A stretch of 57,176 nt of DNA from a virus (Duplodnaviria > Caudoviricetes): positions 1 to 57,176 of IMG/VR virus record IMGVR_UViG_3300017963_000309. The stretch is one strand, 5' to 3'. The notes below the pieces were generated by a model that ran no database searches, was not told the origin of the DNA, and saw nothing but the letters and a program-made list of their open reading frames with translations. Below, in pieces: positions 28,955-38,633 of this stretch. Numbering within the stretch: position 1 is the stretch's first letter; each line of letters begins with the position of its first letter. The position numbers were made by a program, and so were the translations under genes.

Positions 28955-29635
28955 TTAGTATGGGTCTGATTTTTCCCTCTTAGCTTTCTTTGCCTCTTTT
29001 ACTTTATTGAACGCTTCAATCGTGTAGAAGATGAAGATGTATGCAATATAGAATATGAAAACTACCACACCCAAAATTAACGCTGTCTGCCCCATTAGTT
29101 GTAAAGAGCTTGACGTTGAAAACATTATCAAAGTCGAATTAATTAGAATCACTGTAGCTAATACCGCTGATAAGTAGAAGAATGATTTCACTTTCCACTT
29201 CTCTTTAGAAAATGTAAAACCTATAGCGAACAAGATGAAAACGAGAACAGCCATCGGCATTAAAGCTAAAGGTTGCGATGAAGAAAATGATTGACCGTTA
29301 GAAGTGACATGAAAATCATAATTTGAACATTGGATAACGCCCGCCAAATCGCCGCAAGTTGTTACGATGTATTGTCCGAGTTGAGAAGTGTCAGAGAATT
29401 GATAATAAAAAGTTTGACCTTGTTTAGTCATGTTTGAATTAATGAACGTTTCAGAACTATCAGGAAACTTCACTTTCTGCAGGTTGACATAACTACAGGT
29501 TGCACAGACTTGACTTAGATTGATTGCATTATCTTGTGCGAAAGTGCCCAACGTTTGAACTTGCGCTACCGCGAGTGGTAACACGAAGAAGAACATTGCG
29601 AGCGTAAAATATTTTATCACAGCTTTTTCCATCAT
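28955..29635 (-). CDS. membrane glycoprotein
   Basis: Signal peptide, CxxC beta domain, three C-terminal TMs. Confidence 0.75.
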   Translation of the reverse strand: MMEKAVIKYFTLAMFFFVLPLAVAQVQTLGTFAQDNAINLSQVCATCSYVNLQKVKFPDSSETFINSNMTKQGQTFYYQFSDTSQLGQYIVTTCGDLAGVIQCSNYDFHVTSNGQSFSSSQPLALMPMAVLVFILFAIGFTFSKEKWKVKSFFYLSAVLATVILINSTLIMFSTSSSLQLMGQTALILGVVVFIFYIAYIFIFYTIEAFNKVKEAKKAKREKSDPY

Positions 29636-29670
29636 TTATCTTAATAATTCATCTTATTTATATTTTGTGT

Positions 29671-31914
29671 TTATGGGACAATGATTCCATGCGTATACCT
29701 TCCAGAGTAGTTCCATGTCCCTGCAGCTACAGCAGTAGTATTTGTTGGTTCATAGTATGTCAAATTTCTATCACCATACTCCCAAACTCCCGCTTCAGTC
29801 AAGTTATAATTTGTGGTGTCGACAATGAAATCAAACGCTGTTAGAGTTCTATCAGTCTCATTCCAAATACCAAGACTAATCAAGCTGTAATTAGTTACAT
29901 CCTCATAATAAGTAAGATTCCTGTCAGTGTATCCCCAAACATCGTCAGCAGTTAGATTAACAAGCCCTGTGTCAATCTCAAAGTCGAAACCTGTCAACTC
30001 ACGATTAGTATAATTCCACACTCCAACACTTATCAAGCTGTAATTAGTTTTGTCAGTTGAAGGAGGATAATATGTAAGGTTCCGTTGAACATAGGTCCAA
30101 ACATCCTCAGCTGATAGATTGATTAAGCCCGTGTCAATAGTAAATGTGAAATCTGTTAATTGCCTATCAGTATTATTCCAAACGTAATCACTCATTACAG
30201 CGTAATCAACAGTGACGGGTTCAGTATATGTAAGGTTTCTTGAACTATACTCCCAGACGTCTTGAGCTGTCAAATTAATATCGGTAGTATTAACAATAAA
30301 ATTGAACGCTGTTAATTGCCTATCCGAATAACTCCAAACTCCTTCATTGATTAAAGTATAATTTGTTACATCCTCAGTGTAAGTCAAATTCCTATTATCA
30401 TTAGTCCAAACATCATAACTTATCGCGTCCAAGATAGTGGAAGAAATAGTTCCAGTATAATTCCAGATAGCGTTAACGAATTGTGTTATAATATTAGTTG
30501 AAACGTTACCAGAATAGTTCCAAACCTGAGATGTTGTTTCGTGAGCAGTTTGGTTCAACACATTATAATTTATTGTACCATTAAAATCTTCCCATGTCGC
30601 GTTAACATAACTTTGCCTGTAATGGTCGAACCAATCATTGATATGAATTTCTCCTGAACCTTTCAATTCTTGAATTATACCTGAAGCAGTCTTCAAATTA
30701 ATGTTAAGCCAGTTATCGTACTGGTTGAAACCTGTACCTGATGACGCAGTAACTCTTATTCTTATGATACCTGAAGCGTTAATGAACCCTTCGTCAGGGA
30801 TATGGTTTGAAACGAAATCGTTCAATCCTGTTGGAGAACCACCTGTCGCGTGACCAGAGAATGTTAAATTATTTGGTAAATGATACCATGTTCCCGACGT
30901 GAAATTGTACGCTTCAAATTCAAGCAGGGCATTGATTGAAGCTTCACCCATGTAAAAGAGTAAAAGGTTGGTGACGTTACTCGTGTTCAATGCGTGAACA
31001 GAAGTGTCAAAATCGTATATTGCTTGACATTTTTTCGTCGCACCACCAGTTGATGTACACGAAGTGTAAATGTAATCAACATAAGCGTTAAGTCCGATAG
31101 GGCTTGAGGCATAAGTTCCTATAACTTCCGTCCTCGCTGGGAAGTTTGAGTCCATACCGTCAGTGTAATAAACGAAAGTACTACTCAGTTCCGCTGAACA
31201 TCCAGCCGTCATCATGTAAACACCCGTCTCGTTTGGCAAGGTTGTAATGTCGTAATAATAAAGCCCATTACTTCCTTCTAAATGTAACATTGGAGCATTA
31301 ATGATGTAATGGTCGGCAGTAGAATTAACTCTTTCTGGATAATAAACGTCAATAGAACAAGCACCTTGATTCTCTGGTAAACCCTGATTATCTCTTAACT
31401 GTAAGAAAATTCTAGCTTTTTCCCCGGGACGATATTCGGTACCGAAGAATTCGAACTCGCCGTTTGGGTCATTCATGTAAGTTAAATCAATCCAGCCAGT
31501 GATAGTCCCCAAATCATCATCAGGTCGTAGAGTTATTTCGTATACACCTTCTCTCGTTATAACATTGGTGCAATCGAAAAAGATTGTACCTTCCCCCGCG
31601 TTAGCATACGATGTGTGAACTAGGAAGGAAGGATTATTACACTCTTGACCGTTAACCCATAAGTAATACCTGATGGTTGGATTATGCCACACTTGAAAAG
31701 TTATCATAGCGTTTTGTACTTCACTTATCCCGTCAGGAGTATCAACAGTTAAATTATAAGAATAATCTGTATCACCTTCCATCAATTCTCGGTACAGAGG
31801 GTCTAAGTAAATCTTATTAAATTGTTGAGTTGGCTGTTCCGCCGGAACTAAGCTTAAACCAAACAAAAAGATTGCACCTATAGCAAGACAGATTGCGAAT
31901 AGTTTCAATTTCAT
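29671..31914 (-). CDS. secreted fibre-like glycoprotein with VWxYxxRxLT repeats
   Basis: Signal peptide; about 9 repeats in the C-terminal half. Confidence 0.8.
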   Translation of the reverse strand: MKLKLFAICLAIGAIFLFGLSLVPAEQPTQQFNKIYLDPLYRELMEGDTDYSYNLTVDTPDGISEVQNAMITFQVWHNPTIRYYLWVNGQECNNPSFLVHTSYANAGEGTIFFDCTNVITREGVYEITLRPDDDLGTITGWIDLTYMNDPNGEFEFFGTEYRPGEKARIFLQLRDNQGLPENQGACSIDVYYPERVNSTADHYIINAPMLHLEGSNGLYYYDITTLPNETGVYMMTAGCSAELSSTFVYYTDGMDSNFPARTEVIGTYASSPIGLNAYVDYIYTSCTSTGGATKKCQAIYDFDTSVHALNTSNVTNLLLFYMGEASINALLEFEAYNFTSGTWYHLPNNLTFSGHATGGSPTGLNDFVSNHIPDEGFINASGIIRIRVTASSGTGFNQYDNWLNINLKTASGIIQELKGSGEIHINDWFDHYRQSYVNATWEDFNGTINYNVLNQTAHETTSQVWNYSGNVSTNIITQFVNAIWNYTGTISSTILDAISYDVWTNDNRNLTYTEDVTNYTLINEGVWSYSDRQLTAFNFIVNTTDINLTAQDVWEYSSRNLTYTEPVTVDYAVMSDYVWNNTDRQLTDFTFTIDTGLINLSAEDVWTYVQRNLTYYPPSTDKTNYSLISVGVWNYTNRELTGFDFEIDTGLVNLTADDVWGYTDRNLTYYEDVTNYSLISLGIWNETDRTLTAFDFIVDTTNYNLTEAGVWEYGDRNLTYYEPTNTTAVAAGTWNYSGRYTHGIIVP

Positions 31915-31915
31915 G

Positions 31916-32956
31916 TTATCCTTGGACGTTAGTGAAATATTTAATTGTTACTGTGAACGAGTTTGATGGTGCAACGTTACTGAAGTTTAATGTTACTTGA
32001 TTATTAATCGGATATGACTTAAAAATGTTCCAGACTCCTGAATGCGGTGAAAGGTCGGCATCAATAGTTTCCCCCGTTCCCAACTCATACATAGCGAACC
32101 GGTAATTACCTCCACCTGAAGGTGTAATGATTATCTGCGCAATCTCAAAGTTGAATGTTTCAGGTACAACGAAGTTACTTGAACCGGAAAAAGCGCCAGT
32201 AGTATAAGTCACCGTATCATTATTGACTGTATAGTTGACCTGCGACCAATCAGTAATTGTTGTACCGTTTAATGTGATTGAAGAGAAGTTTAAAGCTGAA
32301 GCGTTAATATTGTTAACATAATTCTGCACTGATTGATTAAAGTATGATTCATTGAATGTAAGGTAAGTTCCATTGAAGATTAACCACGGAGCTTCAGCCG
32401 TCCAATCATAAATGCCATAGAAGTTGCCGCCGAAGAAGTTTAATCCCGTATAATTTTCTCCTGTATAATTCCCCCCAATGTAATATGAAGCGTTCACGGC
32501 TTGCGCTATCACTGTCCCGTTCTCAAACGAGATGTTAGTTAAACGTGAACCGTCGCCAACAAAATAAGTGGCTCGCACCTCTGTCGCGGAAATGTTTAAC
32601 ACTTCAGCATTATCTTGTATGCCTGAAGAAATTGAAACGTTACCAATGTAAAGAGTAGAATTTGAAACGTATAAATCTTTCGTAACGTTAACATATTCAA
32701 AAGTACCGTTAGTGGCTTGAATGTTTTGAGTAAAGGTTACTAGAGAAGCAGAATTTGAACCGTCGGGTAACATCCATCTATCAATATCGAATGGGTAACC
32801 GTTCCAAAAGATAGAATTGTTCACAGTGTCCAACGTAATATTGCCGGACACGCCGAGAATGGGTAAATTCGGATTACTATAACCAAATTCTTGCACCTCC
32901 GCCAAGATGGGTGAGATAAATAATAACATCATCACCAAAAATGCTACAACTTTCAT
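31916..32956 (-). CDS. secreted beta-rich fibre-like glycoprotein
   Basis: Signal peptide, FVGDGSRLTN fibre-like motif, many sequons. Confidence 0.75.
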   Translation of the reverse strand: MKVVAFLVMMLLFISPILAEVQEFGYSNPNLPILGVSGNITLDTVNNSIFWNGYPFDIDRWMLPDGSNSASLVTFTQNIQATNGTFEYVNVTKDLYVSNSTLYIGNVSISSGIQDNAEVLNISATEVRATYFVGDGSRLTNISFENGTVIAQAVNASYYIGGNYTGENYTGLNFFGGNFYGIYDWTAEAPWLIFNGTYLTFNESYFNQSVQNYVNNINASALNFSSITLNGTTITDWSQVNYTVNNDTVTYTTGAFSGSSNFVVPETFNFEIAQIIITPSGGGNYRFAMYELGTGETIDADLSPHSGVWNIFKSYPINNQVTLNFSNVAPSNSFTVTIKYFTNVQG

Positions 32957-33168
32957 TATTTATTCGAAGGACTTGAAATTAATAAAGGTTTAGTTTTCTT
33001 TTCCTTCCTTTCAGGCATAACAAAATAATATAATATTGCGAGGAAGACGAAGAGTTCGCCGATGATTATCTTTATTGGATTTTTACTTTCCCTCGTCTTC
33101 TCTGCCCTAAGCATTTGCATCTCTACCAATTCTTCATTTGTTGTAGGTTTAACGTACACTTCTTTCAT
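32956..33168 (-). CDS. small membrane protein
   Basis: Single TM; coupled to neighbours. Confidence 0.55.
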   Translation of the reverse strand: MKEVYVKPTTNEELVEMQMLRAEKTRESKNPIKIIIGELFVFLAILYYFVMPERKEKKTKPLLISSPSNK

Positions 33169-33389
33169 ATCTGCTCCACTGTATGTTTAACTACTAATTT
33201 CTCGAAGAATTCTTCCTGCGCGTGCAACATATCCATCACAGTCTTCTTCGCTAACCGTGTCTTGTAAATGATGTAAGCAATAAATATTTCTTCATCAATC
33301 CCCGTTTCACGGAAAGCGTCGAAAGCGTTACTAAGAGTTTCAAGCTGCTTATTTAATTTGTTAATCGGACTGCTCATCCTCACCTCCAA
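33165..33389 (-). CDS. hypothetical protein
   Basis: Helical 74-aa ORF. Confidence 0.55.
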   Translation of the reverse strand: MEVRMSSPINKLNKQLETLSNAFDAFRETGIDEEIFIAYIIYKTRLAKKTVMDMLHAQEEFFEKLVVKHTVEQI

Positions 33390-33651
33390 GTTTTAATTTC
33401 TGTACATCATTATAGAAGAGGTGAAGGTAAGGGCTATACACTTTCATTACTTCCTGAAGAGCATAGTCATGACCGATGATATAACCATTCTCAAATGCTT
33501 TTTTTTCTTCTTCACTCATCTTTGCCCTCGCTTTTTAGTCTTTTCTTTATTTTCCATATTTTTCTGTCTAATACAGTCCAAAGAAAGCCATAAAACACCA
33601 TCATTGTTAAGCTACCTAAAATGAACCCAATATAAAAATATGCTACTTCAT

Positions 33652-33876
33652 TCATTCTTTCACCTCGCTGTTGTCTTTTTTTATGAGTGTTCTTTTATAC
33701 TTTTCGCTTTCATAAATAAATGCACATTTCTTTGAACAAGTGATAGTATTTTTATGTCTTATGTCATAATATGCACTTTTAGAAGGTTTTTTATCTAATG
33801 CTCTCATATATTGTTTTTTACAAATAACACAAATTACTATTTCATGTTCACCATTAAATCCACCACTAATTCCCAT
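33652..33876 (-). CDS. Zn-finger protein
   Basis: CVIC...CSKKC. Confidence 0.55.
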   Translation of the reverse strand: MGISGGFNGEHEIVICVICKKQYMRALDKKPSKSAYYDIRHKNTITCSKKCAFIYESEKYKRTLIKKDNSEVKE

Positions 33877-34045
33877 TATGCCGACACCTCTTGTTTGTCT
33901 TTCTTTACGATATTAATCATGGCAATATTAGGCGATAGTTCAAAATGGCAATAAGCACATCTATATCCAGATGTATCGGGGATACATCCCCCACTACATC
34001 TTGCTCTTGGTTTTATTGTTGAACTTTTCATTTTGGCTTCTTCTA

Positions 34046-34870
34046 TCATTCTTCGCTATCTCCCTTGTCTTTCTTCACGACGTTATGAATAATCGGCGTA
34101 ATTACATCATTGAAATATTCAGGTGTGTGAAAATGTCTTTTGTTGGGTGCTTCATCTATCTTTAATTGCTTCTCTATGAAATCGTCTAATACTTGCAAGT
34201 TCTCAATAATGTGATTTTCGTTTTGATTTCTTTTATTTTGAATAATCTTAACTAGGATTTCCTTAATCTCTGATGAGACATTCTTATCATAGGAAAGTGC
34301 TGAAAGTGTTGTTTCAAAATCAATCATGGGTAAACTTCCCCTTTCTTTGACCCAAATAGAATTAATAATTCCCCTACAAGTGTAAAGATATTTCTTTGGA
34401 GTTGATGGATAATTCTGAGGCTTAATGTATTTTAGATAGTTCTGTTTTCCCATTGATTTATAATGATAGTATAAACTAATTGGATTAAATAAGTTGTTTG
34501 AAAATCTCACAAATTCTTTAGGTCTTTCACCAAAGTAAAGTATATTAGAATTAAGCCATTCAATTACTGTTGGATTTGAAGATGATAACATCTTACTAAA
34601 CTTTAGAATATCAAACCCTTGCATATCAATTAAACTACCCTCTGGACTTATCCTTTCAAATTTCTCATTAAAAGCAACAGTAATAACATCACTCTTTGGA
34701 TTGATTAAGGTATATTCTTGTGGTTTACGATAGAAAACAAATCTTACGTCATAATCAGAATCCTTACTCGCCATCCCCCATGCTCTTGAACCTGACTCTA
34801 CTGCAAATAATATTTGTACATCATACTCTTTTGCTACTTGCATTAATAATTCGTTTATCTTCTCTTTCAT
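34046..34870 (-). CDS. Pol-beta-type nucleotidyltransferase (Nuc-transf/YcgL-like family)
   Basis: AVESGSRAWGMASKDSDYDVRFVF, NPTVIEWL, KKYLY. Confidence 0.88.
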   Translation of the reverse strand: MKEKINELLMQVAKEYDVQILFAVESGSRAWGMASKDSDYDVRFVFYRKPQEYTLINPKSDVITVAFNEKFERISPEGSLIDMQGFDILKFSKMLSSSNPTVIEWLNSNILYFGERPKEFVRFSNNLFNPISLYYHYKSMGKQNYLKYIKPQNYPSTPKKYLYTCRGIINSIWVKERGSLPMIDFETTLSALSYDKNVSSEIKEILVKIIQNKRNQNENHIIENLQVLDDFIEKQLKIDEAPNKRHFHTPEYFNDVITPIIHNVVKKDKGDSEE

Positions 34871-34919
34871 TTGCTATCACCTTCTTCCTTTTCTATGTTT
34901 TGTTTTTCCATTTCGTATT

Positions 34920-35222
34920 TTAATCCGTTTCGGAATCCTCTGGCTCTGATTTAATTTTTGGCAAATCGCTATGGATATTTTCATTCATTTCACAAGCATA
35001 TTTATGACTTACATTTTTATAACTACTCTCTATATCTTCAAAATCATATTCATTCTCCATAGCAATTTTATCCCCTTTCCAATCATTACTCAATAACCAA
35101 AGGAGTAATCTACCTACATTGAGATTATAAATTGTTTCATAAAATTTGTAGCCACCGTCAAGTTGATGTCCAAATAAATATTCCTTCTTTGTATGGTTTA
35201 CTATTGAGTATGCGGTTCCCAT
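34920..35222 (-). CDS. hypothetical protein
   Basis: MG..Y.IVNHTKKEYL N-terminus common in viral accessory genes. Confidence 0.65.
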   Translation of the reverse strand: MGTAYSIVNHTKKEYLFGHQLDGGYKFYETIYNLNVGRLLLWLLSNDWKGDKIAMENEYDFEDIESSYKNVSHKYACEMNENIHSDLPKIKSEPEDSETD

Positions 35223-35228
35223 CGTGTA

Positions 35229-35390
35229 TTAATTGGACTCGGAGTCCTGTTTTAGTTCTTTAATAATATCTATTAAACTATCCCACTCAAAAAAAACATT
35301 GTTCTTTCGTCCATTCAAAATTAAGTTTTGAATATCTTCTAGGGCTTGGTTGTATCCTTCTTCAAAATTAAACTTTATCTTCTCTTTCAT
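35229..35390 (-). CDS. small hypothetical protein (53 aa)
   Basis: Manual translation MKEKIKFNFEEGYNQALEDI...QDSESN; GGTGA RBS. Confidence 0.5.
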   Translation of the reverse strand: MKEKIKFNFEEGYNQALEDIQNLILNGRKNNVFFEWDSLIDIIKELKQDSESN

Positions 35391-35416
35391 TTGCTATCAC
35401 CTTCTTCCTACTTGTC

Positions 35417-35758
35417 TCATTTATTTTCCTCCATTAGTTTCTCTAGTTCTGGCGAGATTTCAAGTTCAGTGCTATCTCTCCTTTCCACATCTAATTTACC
35501 CATAAACTTTTTAGCTTTTGTCTCCACTTCCTTGATAAATTTAAACATAGCTGTTTGATTTGTCGGGTTAATGTCATGGTGACATTCTTGACAAATAGGG
35601 ATTTTTATATTGAACCTTGGACTATACATTTGTGGAATTGAGTGATGATAAGTTTTCCTTTTCTTTATTTGGTCTTTATCAAAATTCCCTCCACATCTCC
35701 AACAAAAATCATATTTGTTTAGTGTAATAGTATTATTCTTTGCCTTTGCCATCGTCAT
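35417..35758 (-). CDS. HNH-like endonuclease
   Basis: CWRC...HHSIP...PICQECHHDIN. Confidence 0.7.
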   Translation of the reverse strand: MTMAKAKNNTITLNKYDFCWRCGGNFDKDQIKKRKTYHHSIPQMYSPRFNIKIPICQECHHDINPTNQTAMFKFIKEVETKAKKFMGKLDVERRDSTELEISPELEKLMEENK

Positions 35759-35765
35759 TTAATCC

Positions 35766-36377
35766 TTAACTGAAGTCTTTATGTTTTATTTTAGTTATTA
35801 TTCTTCTACCATTTCTTGCAGACATTTCTACCTTCGGTCTTAATACTATCCCCTCTGCAATAAAGTCTCCAAATTCAGAATTAAATCCATTACGTGTCAT
35901 TTCAATAGCATCGTTTAGTGTTCCCTCACCAATTATCTTCACAGTTTTTAATCCTAGTTTTTCGGCTATTTCTTCAACGGCTTCTCTTTTAAGCCACCAT
36001 TTTCCAACCTTGACATCAAAAAGTATAAAACTCACTCCATCAGAAATATAGTTTCCACCACTCTTTTGTATTCCTGCACCATAACCTTCGCCGTATAAGC
36101 AAACTTCATCATCAAAAATTTCCTCAAACTTTTCTTTATCAAACATTTCTTGTAATTTCTCCATTAAGAAAACTGGCATTTGTGCATTGTCTGTCTTTCC
36201 TCCGAATCTTAACTTTTCCCCATCCCACATTATTCTGATATTAGTTCCATCTATCTTTTCAGTAAACACCCAAGAGTTATCTTTTAGATATTCAAACTCT
36301 GGCAGAGAATACTCTTCTGTAAACTTCCCTTTATTATCTCTTTTGAAGATTGATTGTATTTTATGGTATTCTCTCAT
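35766..36377 (-). CDS. ATP-dependent RNA ligase (Rnl2-like adenylation domain)
   Basis: TEKIDGTN, LYGE, FDV, AEGIV, KIK. Confidence 0.88.
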   Translation of the reverse strand: MREYHKIQSIFKRDNKGKFTEEYSLPEFEYLKDNSWVFTEKIDGTNIRIMWDGEKLRFGGKTDNAQMPVFLMEKLQEMFDKEKFEEIFDDEVCLYGEGYGAGIQKSGGNYISDGVSFILFDVKVGKWWLKREAVEEIAEKLGLKTVKIIGEGTLNDAIEMTRNGFNSEFGDFIAEGIVLRPKVEMSARNGRRIITKIKHKDFS

Positions 36378-36388
36378 CGTATCGTATT

Positions 36389-37012
36389 TTAATTGGACTC
36401 GGAGTCCTCATCTCCTAATAATTTTGTCATTTCTTTTAAAAATCTTTTCTCGGTAGGTAACTTGTTTAAGCTGTATTTTTTTAATAATCGGACAGGGAAA
36501 TATCCACCTTCATTTTTCAACTGTGTATAAAATCTCTCCCTTTTATTCATAGGAGATGTATTAAATCCTTGAAAAATCTCAAAAGTATTTTTATCTAAAT
36601 CAATAACATAACAAAATTCACACATCAAAGAGTCTTTTGCAAAATCAATTTCGTTTCTTAAAATAATGTCTTTATCATCTGAGCTACAAATGTTAGATAA
36701 AATCTCAGCTCCTATATCCCTACTAACAAAAAGATTAAACCATCTTTTCTGTTCAGCAGTTCTATTGTCAGGTTCACTTGACCATTCAGCACAATTTTTA
36801 TAGTAGGAATCAAGAAATTTCTTATCCCTACCTACTCTATCCCAAAACCTTACATTCTTAAGTCTTTTTCTAAGATTTTGAATATTCTCTTTTACCCTTA
36901 AAAATCTTAAAGCTGTTAAACCCTGCCCTTCAGGGTAGCCATCCCATTGCCCATATTGAGCAATTTGATATTTATTATCTTTCACTACGCAAGTTAAGTT
37001 TCTTGTTCCCAT
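36389..37012 (-). CDS. conserved hypothetical viral protein
   Basis: MGTR...QYGQWDGYPEG...YVIDLD. Confidence 0.75.
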   Translation of the reverse strand: MGTRNLTCVVKDNKYQIAQYGQWDGYPEGQGLTALRFLRVKENIQNLRKRLKNVRFWDRVGRDKKFLDSYYKNCAEWSSEPDNRTAEQKRWFNLFVSRDIGAEILSNICSSDDKDIILRNEIDFAKDSLMCEFCYVIDLDKNTFEIFQGFNTSPMNKRERFYTQLKNEGGYFPVRLLKKYSLNKLPTEKRFLKEMTKLLGDEDSESN

Positions 37013-37672
37013 CGTATTTTAGCACTTCTGTGACTCCTTCCATTTATCTATAAAGAGTTTGAGTGTTTTCCCATTATCTTGAATTGATTCTTCAATCTTG
37101 GCATCCCACATCTCAATAATCTTCCTACCATCAACCATTACTACAATCCTATTTTCTTTTCTTAATTCCATTTTTAGCACTTAGGTGACTCCTTCAAATT
37201 TATCTTTTTGTTCCTTCAGTAAACCTTCCTCGATATCTTTCATTAGTTGGTACTTAATTAGGAAATCGTTTAGTGCCCCTTGCTTGATATCATTCTTCAA
37301 TCTTTCAAACTTTTCTTCATAACTTAACTTTCTTGGCATCTTTCTCCTCCTTCAACTCTTTATCTAAACATTTCTTATCATTGCAGATGAACTTGCCGCC
37401 ACTAATGGCGCCCCAGTTCTCGGTTAGGATAATTCTTTTCTCGCAGTGCTTGCACAGAACGTCACGGTATAATTCTCTTCGTATCATTTTAAGGAGGTCG
37501 TCACGGGGTAAGGTATGTTATGTATAAAAAAGAGGTGATATAGCTTAATCCCAAAAGAAAAAGGTTTTACCGCCAAGATGCTACTTTCAAAAGTTTTTAC
37601 CCCGTGACTGTCCATAGTTTTTGGACGCACCTTTTCTTTAAATATGTGAGCGAGCACTGGAGAGTGAGAACA

Positions 37673-37746
37673 TAGTCCCGCGAGGATTCGAACCCCGGTA
37701 TCTGATTCCAAAGACCAGCGCATTTGTCCAGCTATGCTACGGGACT
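37673..37746 (-). tRNA. tRNA-Gln(TTG)
   Basis: AGTCCCG/CGGGACT (archaeal-type A1:U72); CTGGT-CTTTGGA-ATCAG. Confidence 0.9.
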
Positions 37747-37749
37747 AAA

Positions 37750-37824
37750 TGGGGCTGCGCGGATTCGAACCACGATAACGTACTTCCAAAGCACGGATAC
37801 TAAACCAAATTATATTACAACCCC
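37750..37824 (-). tRNA. tRNA-Pro(TGG)
   Basis: GGGGTTG/CAGCCCC; CGTGC-TTTGGAA-GTACG. Confidence 0.82.
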
Positions 37825-37911
37825 AGTTAAGAAAAAATGTCTATTCACTGTTGGGGCTGCCAAATTGTCATAAGAAAAATAAAGAAAAAGGTTATTTAAA
37901 GTTTATCATGT

Positions 37912-38070
37912 TTACTTGATAATCTTTCTTTTTTGACATTGCATACACCATTCAACAGTTCGCTTGAGATACTTCTTTCCAGTCTTTCGGTCACCACGAC
38001 CGTACCTCTTGAAAACACGATGAACAGTTTCTTCTCCGCAATGTTTGCAAAGTTGTTCGTTGTACTTCAT
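37912..38070 (-). CDS. 52-aa basic Zn-ribbon protein
   Basis: Manual translation MKYNEQLCKHCGEETVH...WCMQCQKRKIIK; GGAGG RBS. Confidence 0.6.
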   Translation of the reverse strand: MKYNEQLCKHCGEETVHRVFKRYGRGDRKTGKKYLKRTVEWCMQCQKRKIIK

Positions 38071-38150
38071 TTAAGCCTCCACGTTTAAATCACGTGGAGC
38101 TTCTTTGCTTACTCATTATGAAATGAGAGTTTGATACTATTTAAATTTTA

Positions 38151-38221
38151 TGCGAGCAAAGGGAATTGAACCCCCGCTAAATGGTTGGAAACCACTTGTC
38201 ATACCACTAGACCATACTCGC
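38151..38221 (-). tRNA. tRNA-Gly(TCC)
   Basis: GCGAGTA/TGCTCGC; AGTGG-TTTCCAA-CCATT. Confidence 0.88.
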
Positions 38222-38223
38222 AA

Positions 38224-38310
38224 TCGAGGGAGTAGGATTTGAACCTACGAGGACATAAAAGCCCATGGAGCTTAAATCCATTCCGTTTGACCAGACTCCG
38301 GCATCCCCCG
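38224..38310 (-). tRNA. tRNA-Leu(TAA)
   Basis: ATGGA-TTTAAGC-TCCAT; long variable arm. Confidence 0.88.
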
Positions 38311-38313
38311 GAA

Positions 38314-38399
38314 TGAAGGGTACAGGATTCGAACCTGTGTAGGTCAAGAGACCACGAGTCCTAAGCCCGCCCCGTTTAACCTGACTCCGGCAACCCTTC
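38314..38399 (-). tRNA. tRNA-Leu(TAG)
   Basis: GAAGGGT/ACCCTTC; GCGGG-CTTAGGA-CTCGT; long variable arm. Confidence 0.88.
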
Positions 38400-38403
38400 A
38401 ATA

Positions 38404-38475
38404 TGGACTCTGAGGGTACTGACCCCCCTCCTCCTCGTTGCAAACGAGGTATGCTACCAGTAACACCAAGAGCCC
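38404..38475 (-). tRNA. tRNA-Ala(TGC)
   Basis: G3:U70 pair; CCTCG-TTTGCAA-CGAGG; atypical T loop. Confidence 0.82.
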
Positions 38476-38477
38476 AA

Positions 38478-38549
38478 TAGACCCGCAGGGATTCGCACCC
38501 CAGTCGCCGCCGTGTAAAGGCGGAGTGATAACTCCTACACTACAGGTCT
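38478..38549 (-). tRNA. tRNA-Val(TAC)
   Basis: AGACCTG/CGGGTCT; CCGCC-TTTACAC-GGCGG. Confidence 0.85.
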
Positions 38550-38551
38550 GA

Positions 38552-38624
38552 ACCGACCGGGCGGACTTGCACCACCTCCACGGGGATATGACCCCACGCA
38601 CACTACTTGTTATGTTACAGTCGG
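38552..38624 (-). tRNA. tRNA-like gene with CAT anticodon (Met/Ile2), irregular anticodon loop
   Basis: CCGACTG/CGGTCGG; TGGGG-TCATAT-CCCCG; T arm GGTGG-TGCAAGT-CCGCC. Confidence 0.6.
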
Positions 38625-38633
38625 AATATGAAA

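Noticed and set aside
37505-37520. GGGGTAAGGTATGTTA, 15/16 identical to 307-322, and an isolated AAGGTAAGG at ~33424
   Set aside because: No sustained 5-nt register or tail motif; treated as chance
37912-38070. Ribosomal protein eL42/bL33
   Set aside because: Only the Zn-ribbon spacing is similar; family-specific residues were not recognised
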